From assembly GCA_012295275.1 (NCBI GenBank), contig CM022671.1, positions 22,444,001-22,508,000 of the forward strand: DNA of 64,000 nt, read 5' to 3'. Source of the stretch: Chrysomallon squamiferum (taxonomy: Eukaryota; Animalia; Mollusca). The position numbers and the translations under genes were made by a program. Positions 1 to 13,820 of the stretch are shown piece by piece (positions within the stretch are counted from its first letter, which is position 1; the number at the start of each line of letters is the position of its first letter). The notes beneath the pieces are model-generated. The model had not been told where the DNA came from, did not search any database, and was given only the letters and a program-made list of their open reading frames with translations.

Positions 1-328
1 ACACACACACACACACATACACATGCATACTCTCACATGTACATGCATCCGCAGAAACACACTAACACATACTCTTTCATACTCACATTATACACCTGCA
101 TATATACAAACCCATTCTCACACAAATATACCTAAACATACAATTACACACAAACATACATATGCTCATTCATACGCACACATACACATACACACAAACC
201 CATTGATGCGCATATAGCAATACATTCATAGAAACTCTTTCATACGCGTGCACGCACACACACGCGCACAAACATACACAAAGCCATTCATACGCATATA
301 GCAATATGTTCATAGAAACTCTTTCATA

Positions 329-376
<48 letters not shown>

Positions 377-415
377 TACACAAACCCATTCACAAACACA
401 CAAATACACACACAG
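1..415. repeat. CA-rich low-complexity tract containing an ~84-bp tandem duplication
   Basis: TTCATAGAAACTCTTTCATACGCG occurs twice (GAAACTC at 231 and 315), embedded in (CA)n. Confidence 0.85.
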
Positions 416-965
416 AGTTACGTAGTACATATCAAAAGCAAAACGCTTCAAACTCTGTTATCCACAGATACCTGTTATATTCCCAGTGTATTGCTATGGT
501 ATATGATACAGTTAACACAAATACACTTTCAAGTGTTATGCAACAACATCAAACAGCACCAAGCCGAAAAGAAAACGTTAGTATGGAATGTACCACCAAG
601 CTGCTAGTCAAACGGTTGTGACAGAGTGTGTTAAACTGAGCTAAATGGTTTCTGGCTGTACCCGAAAAGCGAGAGAATTGTGCCTTCACCCGGGGTGGTC
701 CGGCGCCAAACGGCTCCAATCGGCCGATGACATTTCAGTTTAGAAAAAAAAAAAAAATTAGACAGGGCAGAGTAATATATTTGGAAAGAGGGTACATTTT
801 TTTTTGTTGTTGTTGTTATTTTTTTTTGTTTGTAGTTCATTCAGAAGAATAACAGTGAAGATAAATAAAAAATTATATACGTTTAAATATAGATAACTGA
901 AATAGAATTAGCAGAAATAGTGTTAATGCAGTAGTAATGCTAGTGATATTAGTCAAAGCAAAAAA

Positions 966-1340
<375 letters not shown>

Positions 1341-1447
1341 TAATTATAATAACGGATTGCGGAATTATTACATGATTTATAATATGCATCTGCTAGTAAA
1401 TATAATACTAACATCGATCAATTTTAAAATGTTTACCTATATATATA

Positions 1448-1534
<87 letters not shown>

Positions 1535-1740
1535 ATATCTATCATTATTATTACGAAGAGATTAAATTTTCATCGAACAATCTTATCTAAACCGACACAT
1601 TGGGTGTGGACGAATGGGTGTCATACGTTCAAGTCTCCTCATGGTCATCTGACATTTGTGAGGCGGGACTGGACTTCGTCCTCCTGGGCCATAGTCTATG
1701 TGCAGACTCTAATCACACAGTAGATAAACCAGTCCTAAAT

Positions 1741-1951
1741 ACATACAACGTACATACATACATACATACATACACACACACACATACACACATACATACA
1801 TACATACCATACATACATACAAACATACATACATACATACATACATACATACATACATACATACATACATACACACATACACATACATACATATATATAT
1901 ACATACATACATGCATGCATACATACATACATACATACATATATACATACA

Positions 1952-1985
<34 letters not shown>

Positions 1986-2139
1986 CATACCATACATACA
2001 TACATACATACATACATACAAACATACATACATATATACATACATACATACAAACATACATACATACATGCATACATATACACATACACATACATACATA
2101 CGTACGTATACATACATACATATATATATACACACACAT

Positions 2140-2179
<40 letters not shown>

Positions 2180-2212
2180 ACATACATACATACATACAAA
2201 CACACATACATG
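1741..2212. repeat. (ACAT)n microsatellite
   Basis: Directly visible; the complementary (ATGT)n tract follows at about 2585-2700. Confidence 0.95.
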
Positions 2213-2716
2213 CACAAATCTTTTTGTCTTTAGATTTATTTTTTCTAATAGTATAACTAATTACACAGAACCTATCCAAAGTAAAACGGTTCAAACTGTA
2301 TTGTCCACAGAAATCAGTAATTTCCTAATCTAAAGCTACTGTACGATATGGTTATTACAAATATGGTATGTAATGCGCTGTATACAAACACCACATTGAT
2401 TTCTCAGAAGCAATACTAACCCTTCTCCACCCTCACCCCCACTAAATCTGAGTTTGGATCTTTCCTAAAGGAGTCATGGCGTGATTTTTATTGCTGGTTT
2501 TTATTGCTTGTCAAGCGTTTATTCATATTTTGAGTGATTCCTAGAACTGCCACACATTGTCTTCTTCGTCTTCTTCTTCTTCTTATGTATGTATGTATGT
2601 TTGTATGTATGTGTGTATGTATGTATGTATGTATGTATGTATGTATGTATGTATGTATGTATGTATGTTTGTATGTATGTATGTATGTGTGTATGTATAT
2701 GTGCGTGTGAGAGTAA

Positions 2717-2767
<51 letters not shown>

Positions 2768-3096
2768 ATATAAAATTATATAGCCGAAAATATCTTTGTT
2801 TGTTTGTTTGTTTGTTTGTTTGTTTGTTTTATTTATTTATTTAACTTATTTATAATCTAGCAATACTACTTGTATCCCATCTGCTATTAATACATTGGGA
2901 TCCATTCTATAAGTTTACAAATGATTTTCTTTAGTTGTCTTTATTCATTTTGTGCTGTTAGTAATGGTCATTCTGAACTAATAATAATTATTCTATAAAA
3001 GAGATTCCTTTTTAATTAACATATGTTGATCGATAAATAAAATTTTAAAAATTCAAAAATAATATACATGTAAGCAGTTAATAATATAGACAACAC

Positions 3097-3128
<32 letters not shown>

Positions 3129-3189
3129 CGTCATCGGCACCATCATTATCATCACCAGCTTTCATTAATAAAAATAATGATTACTTATA

Positions 3190-4960
3190 AATAGTTTAAC
3201 TTCTGTCAGTTTAATTAGTCAGAATATTTCTTACAACAATAATATGTTAAAACAATCAGTTTAGTTATTACAGCAGAACTGATTTTATGTTAAAATAATG
3301 GGTTTACCTATTATAACAATATTATGTTAAAATAATATGATTATTTTTTGTGACGGTAATAGTGTTATGTTAAAATAATCAGTATATCTGCTACAACATT
3401 AATACGATAAAATATTAAGAATATCTCTTACAACAAATAATAATTATATCTGTTAAAATATTTAGTTAAAATAATGTTAACTGTTAAAACATCAATACGT
3501 TAAAATATTAAGAACAACTGTTACAACAGTTTTTAGTTGAAATAATAAGTTTATCTGTTACAACAGTAACATGTTAAAATAATAAGTATATCTGTTACAA
3601 CAGTATTTAGTCAAAATAATAAGAATATCTGCAACAACAGTAATTATGTTAAAATAATCGGTATATCTGTACAACAGTATTTAGTTGAATAATCGGTATA
3701 TCTGTTACAACAGTATTTAGTCAAAATAGTAAGAATATCTGTAACAACAGTAGCATGTTAAAATAATAAGAATATCTGTAACAACAGTAATTATGTCAAA
3801 ATAATCGGTATATCTGTTACAACAGTATTTAGTTAAAATAGTAAGAATATCTGTAACAACAGTAATTATGTTAAAATAATCGGTATATCCGTTACAACAG
3901 TAATTATGCTAAAATAATCGATATATCTATTATAACTGTATTTAGTTAAAATATTAAGAATATCTGTAACAACAGTAATTATGTCAAAATAATCGGTATT
4001 TAGTTAAAATATTAAGAATATCTGTAACAACAGTAATTAATTATGTTAAAATAATCGGTATATCTGTTACAACAGTAATTAGGTTAAAATAATAAGTATA
4101 TCTGTAACAACAGTATTTAGTTAAAATATTAAGAATATCTGTAACAACAGTAATTATGTTAAAATAATCGGTATAGCTGTTACAACTGTATTTAGTTAAA
4201 ATAATAAGAATATCTGTAACAACAGTAATTAATTATGTTAAAATAATCGGTATATCTGTTACAACAGTAATTAGGTTAAAATAATAAGTATATCTGTAAC
4301 AACAGTATTTAGTTAAAATATTAAGAATATCTGTAACAACGGTAATTAATTATGTTAAAATAATCGGTATATCTGTTACAACAGTAATTAGGTTAAAATA
4401 ATACGAATATCTGTTACAACCGTAACCGTATTTAGTTAAAATATTAAGAATATCTGTAACAACAGTAATTAATTATGTTAAAATAATCGGTATATCTGTT
4501 ACAAAAGTATTTAGTTAAAGTAATAAGCCTGTCTGTTACAACAGTATTTAGTTAAAGTAATAAGCATGTTTGTTACGACAGTATTTAGTTAAAGTAACAA
4601 GCCTGTTTGTTACAACAGTATTTAGTTAAAGTAATAAGCCTGTCTGTTACGACAGTATTTGTTACGACAGTATTTAGTTAAAGTAACAAGCCTGTCTGTT
4701 ACGACAGTATTTAGTTAAAGTAACAAGCCTGTCTGTTACGACAGTATTTAGTTAAAGTAATAAGCCTGTCTGTTACGACAGTTAAAGTAATAAGCCTGTC
4801 TGTTACAACAGTATTTAGTTAAAGTAACAAGCCTGTCTGTTACGACAGTTAAAGTAATAAGCCTGTCTGTTACGACAGTATTTAGTTAAAGTAACAAGCC
4901 TGTCTGTTACGACAGTATTTAGTTAAAGTAACAAGCCTGTCTGTTACGACGGCAACATGT
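3190..4960. repeat. 37-38 bp minisatellite array (~1.8 kb)
   Basis: Units such as GTTAAAATAATCGGTATATCTGTTACAACAGTAATTAT and AGTATTTAGTTAAAGTAACAAGCCTGTCTGTTACGAC (period 37 measured at 4681/4718). Degenerate at the left end. Confidence 0.95.
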
Positions 4961-5365
4961 TAAATACTAGGAATATCTCTTCGACAGTAAACTATTTTCT
5001 AACGGTGTTTTTTTACGACAGAAGCGTTAAGTCCTCTTTTGTCTTCTCAACAACAAACTCGTCGGTCACGCCAGTGCCGTGTCGTGTGTACTACGTCTGA
5101 CTGCCGCAACGACACGGCCGCCAAGCCGGGCCATACTACGCATACTTTGACGGCACGACGTTGCTACGGTGGCGCCTCTTGTACTTACCCAACTCCCTCT
5201 TTTGAAATAACTAATCAGCGATGTATGCAAGGTCTTGTTTTGTCGCATTTCCATAACTTTTTTGATTTTTTTTTTTTTTTTTTTTTTTTTCTCTCTCGCT
5301 CTCTGGTTTTGTTTATTGATAACAAATGTGTTGGAAGTGGTACAGAAAACATGAATATATGTATG

Positions 5366-5406
<41 letters not shown>

Positions 5407-5520
5407 GTCCCCACAACTCCCCAAAATAATAAATAATAATAACGAATATATATATATATATATATGTATCTGAAATAAAAATGATAAATAAATATATAAA
5501 TGAGATGAAATGAAATGAAA

Positions 5521-5555
<35 letters not shown>

Positions 5556-6059
5556 AATGAAGTTGGAAAAAATATATCTGTGGAAGTAAAAAAAAAAAAA
5601 ACGGTTTGTATACCTTAGTGTTTCATCTGCGCCGCTATCAAACAAAATCAGGCGACAGTCTCATATTCAGCACACAATCCACTGGCGACAGAAAGCGAGG
5701 ATTTTTCACACACGTCTCTGTCAATCAAATTCTAAAAGGCGTGGTCAAAACCGTTAAACCGTTATGACTTCCGACATTCATTTTAAATTTATTGTGGATA
5801 AATTTATTTCATTTTTTAGTTCAATAATAAAAAAAAAAATATTTAATATATTTTTATAAAACAAAAAAATAATAATAATAACAATAATAATAATTAATTA
5901 AAAAAAAAATAATAATAATAATAATTAATAAATACACGTAAATTTTGAAACGTGACCATCCTGTATGCATCCGTCAGTTTAATTACTGGTATCCATGGTA
6001 ACGAATGAGAATAAATTTGTTTTTTTCCATATTTAATTTTGTTTCTGAATGACTGAAGT

Positions 6060-6332
6060 TCAGTTATCAAAATTCTGACCGAAAGAGCGGCCCGATCGAT
6101 TTCGGTGTCTGAAAACACACGTTTCAGACTTGGCGGCGTTAAAGGGTACTAAGCTCCGCCTTTTTCTAACGACGATTGGCCACCTCTCGGCTTCCCGTCC
6201 AATAGAATGCGCCCGTTGTCTGAAGACGGACAGGCGCAGGCTTCGAAACTGACAATCGGCTAACACATGTAGTTCGGCAAAAAGCCCGTTTGCAGAACGC
6301 AATGTGGTGATAGAGCGACATAAGTCCTTTCG
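6060..6332 (+). promoter_or_regulatory. Probable proximal promoter / 5' UTR of Tbx2/3
   Basis: CpG-rich unique block directly upstream of the ATG, with GC-box-like CTCCGCC (6154-6160), inverted CCAAT (ATTGG 6175-6179) and CCAAT (6199-6203). The TSS cannot be determined. Confidence 0.6.
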
Positions 6333-6694
6333 ATGATTTTCAACGGGTCAAACACGGATTCTCCGATAATGGCGTTCAACCCGTTTCTTCTTCACAGGCC
6401 GGCGGATTACGGCATGGGCTCGCTGCTGTCGCAGTCCCCGTTTCTGCCGAACATGACGTTGCAGCCGCCAGGACTGACGGCCTCGCTGTTTCCGAAGCTG
6501 CAGCCCGGCATGGGCCGATCGCCTCTCACCCCGGCGGACCTCATGCCACACCCAGATCACTTCAGGTCCCTCAGGGGATTGGAACCCCCGGAGGCTGACG
6601 TGCACGACGACCCTAAGGTGGAACTGGACTGCAAGGAACTGTGGGAGAGGTTCCACAAACTCTCTACAGAAATGGTGATTACGAAATCAGGGAG
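6333..6694 (+). CDS. Tbx2/3: Tbx2/3 (omb-like) coding exon 1: N-terminus and start of the T-box
   Basis: Encodes MAFNPFLLHRPADY (cf. vertebrate TBX2/3 MAYHPF..HR..DF) and DDPKVEL..LWERFHKLSTEMVITKSG. An in-frame TAA lies upstream at 6321; ATGs are at 6333 (weak context) and 6369 (A at -3, G at +4). Donor AG|GTAGGT at 6694/6695, phase 2. Confidence 0.95.
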
Positions 6695-6947
6695 GTAGGT
6701 GGAATGATTTAATTATTTATTTTAAAATTTAAATTAATTTAATATATCGATGCGTGTGAGTGCGTATGTGTGTATATTTCTGGATGTACTCTTCTCATCT
6801 GTTGATATCCGACATTTTGACGTTTGAAATAATTTTGTTATCTTTTTAGTTGAAATGAAATTCTTTGTCTTAGCGATAGCAATGGCAGGGATGGAATAAA
6901 TAAAATAAAATAAAATAAAATAAAATCAGATAATAAAATAACAAACC

Positions 6948-6995
<48 letters not shown>

Positions 6996-7719
6996 GAAAA
7001 CTATAATAACAGCAACCATAACAGCAACGAAAAATTAAAACAACTAACAACAATAACAAAAACAACAACAAAATTCAACATTAAAATTAAATAAATAAAC
7101 AGAAAAAAGAATATCAATAGGCCTACCAAAATAAAATTATTGTAATATTAATATAATTATTATTAACCAAATAACAACAATAACATCAACAAAAACAATA
7201 AAACATTAACAGAAACAAGAACAAACATTAAAAACAGCAACAACAACAATAATAATAATTTGTTGGGGAAAAGATTAAATTAAAATGAAATAAATATTAA
7301 AAAATGTTAAAACAAAAACATTTTATAATAAACAATTATTAATGACTCTATGTTTTATTTATTAAGCACTTGATAAAACCCATAAAACAACAACAAAAAA
7401 AAAGGTTTAATTGTTTGTTACGTGTTTACACGATGTATTAATGAAGGTAAAACGTTAATTAATTATACCAGGTAACTGGTAACGTTTTTCTCTGTATCAA
7501 ATTATACAGAAACAGACAAATACGACGTCAAAAAATTCTCCTTTGTCTACAGGTGCACACGTAAATATACAGGCATATGGCAGTGGAAAAAAAGACTTTC
7601 TTTCTCAATTACTAAAATGATTTAACTGAAAGGTATATCGTTATGTACCAAAATTTAGTTTATATTGAACATCTTGATGGAATAAAAGGTTATTGAAAGT
7701 ATCAAATTAAATTTGCCAT

Positions 7720-8105
7720 TCCTACTGCAGTTACTGTTGCTTACTACTATTACCATTACTACTACTCCTAATACTACTTCTACTATCGTTACTACTGTTT
7801 TTGTTACTATTACAATTACTACTACCATTACTGTTTTTACTACTACTACTATTACTACTACTTCTACTACTGCTACTACTACTACTACTACTACTACTGC
7901 TACTGCTATTACTACTACTACCCATTTGCTACTATTATTACTTCTAGTACTACCGTTATTGCTACTACTGTTACTACTACTACTATTTCTACTACTCATA
8001 CCATTACGACTACTGCTAATACAACAACGATCATTATTACTACTACTTTTATTATTATTATCATTATTATTATTATTGATGTTGTTGTTGTCGTCGTCGT
8101 TGTGT
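7720..8105. repeat. (TAC)n/(TAT)n degenerate trinucleotide tract
   Basis: Directly visible; source of the poly-T/L/V/S ORFs. Confidence 0.9.
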
Positions 8106-8320
8106 TATGTTAACACAGTTTTTATTTGACCCATATTATCTTCGTTGTAATTTGATATGCAGAAGTATTGAAATTTTTCACATAAAACCAAAATCCAACA
8201 AAAAAAACCCCAAAAACAAATACAATTATTTTAATATTTGTTATTCTTTTATTTATTTTTGTTTTGTTCTATTTTATTTTCGAGTCCATCTATTTTTACA
8301 TGTATTGTTATTTATTTATT

Positions 8321-8387
<67 letters not shown>

Positions 8388-8628
8388 TTTTACTTTTTTA
8401 TTAATTAATTAATTAATTAATTTACTTTATTCTTATTTATTAATTTACTTATTTATTTATATAGTTATTTTTATCATTTAGCTTTTCGTTTATATTATTT
8501 ATATATTTAATTTGTTATTTTGTTATCTTTTTGTTTACTTGTTTATTTCATTTATTTATTTGTCTTTGTTGTTTTCTACTATTATTTTTAGTATTTTTTT
8601 TAAAATTATTATTTGCTCTTTGAAATAT

Positions 8629-8663
<35 letters not shown>

Positions 8664-8808
8664 CTTGTTTGATTTTTTTTTTAATGTCGAAACAAAAAAT
8701 AGTAATAATCATAAAATAATTAAATAAATTAACTAATAAATAAAAATAATAACGATTAACTGTAATAATAACAGTAGAAACCATAACAGCAATCATTTAT
8801 AATAATAA

Positions 8809-8884
<76 letters not shown>

Positions 8885-9165
8885 AAAGTAATAGAATATT
8901 TTAACAAGTACAAGGTGGTGTTACTATGAACTAATATATCAAAAACGATTTTCCTATTTTCAGCCCACATCATTTGAATAAATTACAAATCTTTTTATAC
9001 CACATTTATCTCACAGATTTTTCAAACTGTCTGGGAGTATATCACTGACTTCCCAAGTGACAGTGATTATAGAACAGTTATCTGTTAAATATTTATGTTA
9101 TGTACTGAACAGTTTAAAATTTATGTAGTGCTTAAACTGTGCAGAGGAAGTGAGGTTTTGTATCG

Positions 9166-9276
<111 letters not shown>

Positions 9277-9676
9277 AGTCTTGCCTGCGTCTGTTTATGG
9301 AATTTGTACAAGCATCTGAATTAATAATGTTGAAACATACACATGTACATACTTACATATTACCAGATAGGAAGCGACATACAGTGAATTAAGAAAGCAG
9401 ACAAAACAAGAAAACATCAACAATTTACTAACACTGCCGTTCTCATTCGAAAAAATAAGTAATTTTATTTATTATGGTATTTATTATATACATGACATTT
9501 ATCTGTGTTTTAAGACATACTTGTGTAATAATTGCACATATTCCTTTCATAATTTCATCTTTCTTTCTTAATGCTTGCCAGTCATTATTGTCATTTTTTT
9601 CTATTACGGTGCTGGCATTAAGCTTATGCCTACCTTCATAATTATGTATTTTCGTAAATATATATTTTGTTCATAC

Positions 9677-9717
<41 letters not shown>

Positions 9718-9760
9718 TATAATACATACATACAAGTACATTACGTATAGCTGTAATATT

Positions 9761-9814
<54 letters not shown>

Positions 9815-9835
9815 ATTATTATTATTATTATTATG

Positions 9836-9894
<59 letters not shown>

Positions 9895-10286
9895 CATTAT
9901 AATTATCATCATTATTTAAATATGGATCGAATATGTGTTAGCGTAAGTCACACACGTGTGTATAGATTACGAGTGTTATACACATTGCCTACCACATGCT
10001 GTGATATTTCATAATTTATTGCCCTAAACCAGCGAAAAATAAATACATGAAAGCACATGACAGCGGCTGGGAGAGTGCAATACGTTGATGCCTAGCAATA
10101 TGAATTGCTGTAATAAATAGCACTGCCGCTTAATAACTGAAGTCGTATGACCGACCATAACGTGCTGGCTAATAATGTCAACAACACCGCTGGATCTGTT
10201 ATATCAGTAAGAATCACTGACAAAACAGTTTTTAGAACGTGTTAGGAAGGTTATGTTGTTGTTGTTTTGCTACTTGTGTAATAATC

Positions 10287-10328
<42 letters not shown>

Positions 10329-10743
10329 GTGTCTTGCTCTTTCTCTTCTTCTTCTTCTTTTTTCTTGTCTCTTCGTTTTAGAAATGTTTCTCTCTTTGTC
10401 TATTTCCTGTCTTTCTCTGTTCTTTTTTTTTCTTCTGTTTTGGATAATCTGTCTGTACGTCTGTCTAAGGTTTATCTGTCTGCAGTCTATTTATCTGACT
10501 ATCTATCTATCTGACTGTCTATCTATCTGACTATCTATCTATCTGTCTGTCTGTCTATCTGTTTGTCTATCTCTATATGTCTGCCTATAACGTACTATTA
10601 TATAAATTCAAATATTTTGAAATCATTAATTTTTTTTAAATGCCAAATACAGTTGGAAAACTGATACCATTGAGAGCATTTCCCTAATAACACATATATT
10701 TATTTGTTTATTTCTTACTTACTTACTTATTTTTGTTATTTAT

Positions 10744-10816
<73 letters not shown>

Positions 10817-11276
10817 AATTAAAGAAGTTAGGCTAAAGTAAAATTTTTATTTAATAAATAATATATCCCGGTATAAAAGAAACTTGGAGTTAGTTCATAT
10901 ATTTATAAAAAAAAAATAATAATAATAATAAAAATCTTCTATTCTATCTGTAATATTCATTTTTTATAACTAAGATAACAACGCATCATTGCTGAAAACA
11001 CACAGCTACTGCAGTGAAATTCAGCAACGACAATGACACCAACAACAACAACTATAATAGTTATGATAATAAAAATAATAATATTTAAATAATAATAATA
11101 ATAACAAGAACAAGAAGAAGCACTAGTTATAGTCATAATGATGAAGATGATGATGATGATGACGACGAAGATTAACTAAAACGTATGTTAAATTTTACAA
11201 CTATTATGTGTCTAGGATACTGGAAATTTGAAAAAAAAATTCCAATTTAATTTCCAATTTATCCTCCAAAAAATTA

Positions 11277-11311
<35 letters not shown>

Positions 11312-11920
11312 ATAGAAAGTTAAATTAAATTAAAAGTTGAAAAAATATAAAACCTTTTTTCATAAAAAAATTTCTTAAATATTTCCCCATATATAATAAA
11401 ACACACTGTTAAAATTTAATTTATCATTTTCCTAATGATGTTGAAATCTGCTCCTTCGTTTTTCTGACTAATCTTCATATCTAGTCCATCATAATCAATT
11501 TACTTTTGAAATCTGCTCATTATCAACCTTCGTTTTTTCTGTTAAAAAATATACTGAAACTTACATCTGTCAGGTGAATTACTTTTCACCGTTACATAAC
11601 ACATAATACGTTTACTGAAATAGATTATTTCCTGTCACATTTCATAAAATCCAGTAATGTATTCTCGACTGTTAAATATAATTAATTTATTTTTAATTCG
11701 CTGATCTTCTCTTGTCATTTGTTCTTATAATTTTCTGTTTAAAAATTCTGAAATGAATTATTCCGTGTCGTTACGAATTAAAAGAGATATTAATATCGTG
11801 ACATCTGGTTTAAAGAGATGTAAGTATTAAGCAACCGTGTATAATTTTGTATTATTCTTATCTTTGGGTTATGTAAGCGCTGTAATTGACTTTTGTGCAA
11901 ACGTCTTATTACAATGTGGT

Positions 11921-11924
<4 letters not shown>

Positions 11925-11972
<48 letters not shown>

Positions 11973-11974
11973 GT

Positions 11975-12031
<57 letters not shown>

Positions 12032-12170
12032 TAGATAGTCAGACAGATAGATATATATAGACAGACAGAAAGACAAACATACAGATAGATAGACAGATAG
12101 ATAGATACATAGACAGACAGACAGACAGATAAAACGTTATAGAATAAATCTGACTGAATTAAACTGAACA

Positions 12171-12207
<37 letters not shown>

Positions 12208-12214
12208 TGTGTGT
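11925..12214. repeat. Compound (CA)n-(GA)n-(GAYA)n ... (GT)n microsatellite
   Basis: Directly visible. Confidence 0.93.
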
Positions 12215-13369
12215 GACTCATACAAAACATTGTTATCTGCGAATTGTGTAAGAATGTTTTTTGTTTTGTTTTTGTTTGTTTATTTCAGGGTTCTTTTTGG
12301 TGTTGTTTTTCATGGGAGGGATTGTTTGGACTTGTTTTTTTTAATCATAAACATTTAAGACAAACAAACGTGCATATTCAAACAAACAACTAAAAAAAAA
12401 AAAAAAAAAAAAAAAAATACCACGAATGAAAATAATACAAATACTAAAAACATATTTTTACCTATTGCTATGTAGTAAGAAGGTAAATATACAGAAAAAC
12501 AAAACAATAAACGGATAATACTTTATTGGATAGAATGAACATACATAAATTACAACATGCATTATTACATTCTAACGGTTCAAGCACGACTTTCATGCAC
12601 ACGACGTCACAACCAACGAACCAACCAACCAGCAGCAGGACCAGAGACATCGGTGAATCCAGTAATATTTAATTATCTTTCTGTAACACTGATATATATA
12701 TGTATAAACATACGTATAAAATATCTGAAATGTGTGTTGCCGTTCTCACATAGCCCTGAGCTGTAATGGGACTGGCTGCGTTTGACAAGCGTTCATTTCG
12801 CGGTAATAAAAAAAAAAAAAAAAAAAAAAAAAAAATAAGGCGACAAGAGCATTCAATTAACGCTCCACAGATATGAAGTATAAATGAAACAAATATAAAC
12901 ACGGATCGGCGATGGGCAGTGATAAAACCCGTGACACGTTACATTGTAGCGGGGCCGAAACACCTGTCAGTAACACAAAGGCAGGCGCCGCACTTCCAAT
13001 ATCGCCATCACCTCTGCCGACAAGCACCGAGCCAATTAACATCTATATTGCCAAGGTACGTCAGCGACGGTGTCATCGCAGTAATTAGTTTCAAATTCAA
13101 CGAGACAATCACAAAGGGAGACATTTTTTTTTTTTTTTTTTCTTTATCACCTCGGTTGTGTGTGGGGGGGGGGGAGGGAGAGAGATGTCGTCACGAAACA
13201 CGTAACGTTTCGTAACGTTATCCGTGACGGGATCGACAGAGTGGCTTTTTTTTTTTTTAGCCTCGCCAGTAGCAAGTGTTTAGAAATAAAACATAAATAT
13301 ATATATATATAAAACCTGAGTGAAAGTTTTGTGGCGTAAACGGATTGTAGAGAGTAGTTCAGAAGTATA

Positions 13370-13605
13370 GGTAGTAGTAGTAGTAGTAGTAGTAGCAGCA
13401 GCAGCAATAGTAGTAGTTGTAGCAGCAGTAGTAGCAGTAGTAGTAGTAGCAGCAGCAGTAGTAGTAGTAGCTGCAGTAGTAGTAGTTGTAGCAGTAGTAG
13501 TAGTAGTAGTAGTAGAAGCAGCTGTAATAATGATAACACTAATAATAATGTTAGTAGTGCTATCCATTGTTATTAAGGATAAATAACAACAACAACAACA
13601 ACAAC

Positions 13606-13649
<44 letters not shown>

Positions 13650-13746
13650 TGATAATGATAATTAAACGTAAAAACCTTAATAATTTTGATTTACAAAAAT
13701 TTATAAAAAAAAAAAATACATAAATACTTTATCAATTTATTAGAAC

Positions 13747-13819
<73 letters not shown>

Positions 13820-13820
13820 G
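13370..13820. repeat. (GTA/GCA)n followed by (AAC)n/(AAT)n tracts
   Basis: Directly visible. Confidence 0.9.

Noticed and set aside
3190-4960. CRISPR-like array (~37-bp repeat with palindromic core)
   Set aside because: Units are head-to-tail without unique spacers, there are no cas genes, and the context is a spliced eukaryotic gene.
6348-6656. Antisense ORFs over exon 1 (and 36374-37463 over exon 6)
   Set aside because: Expected shadows of GC-rich coding sequence with no independent support.
9041-9067. Small hairpins (9041-9067; also 32443-32463 and 43673-43688)
   Set aside because: Stems of 7-11 bp are expected by chance in 64 kb and are too short for miRNA precursors.
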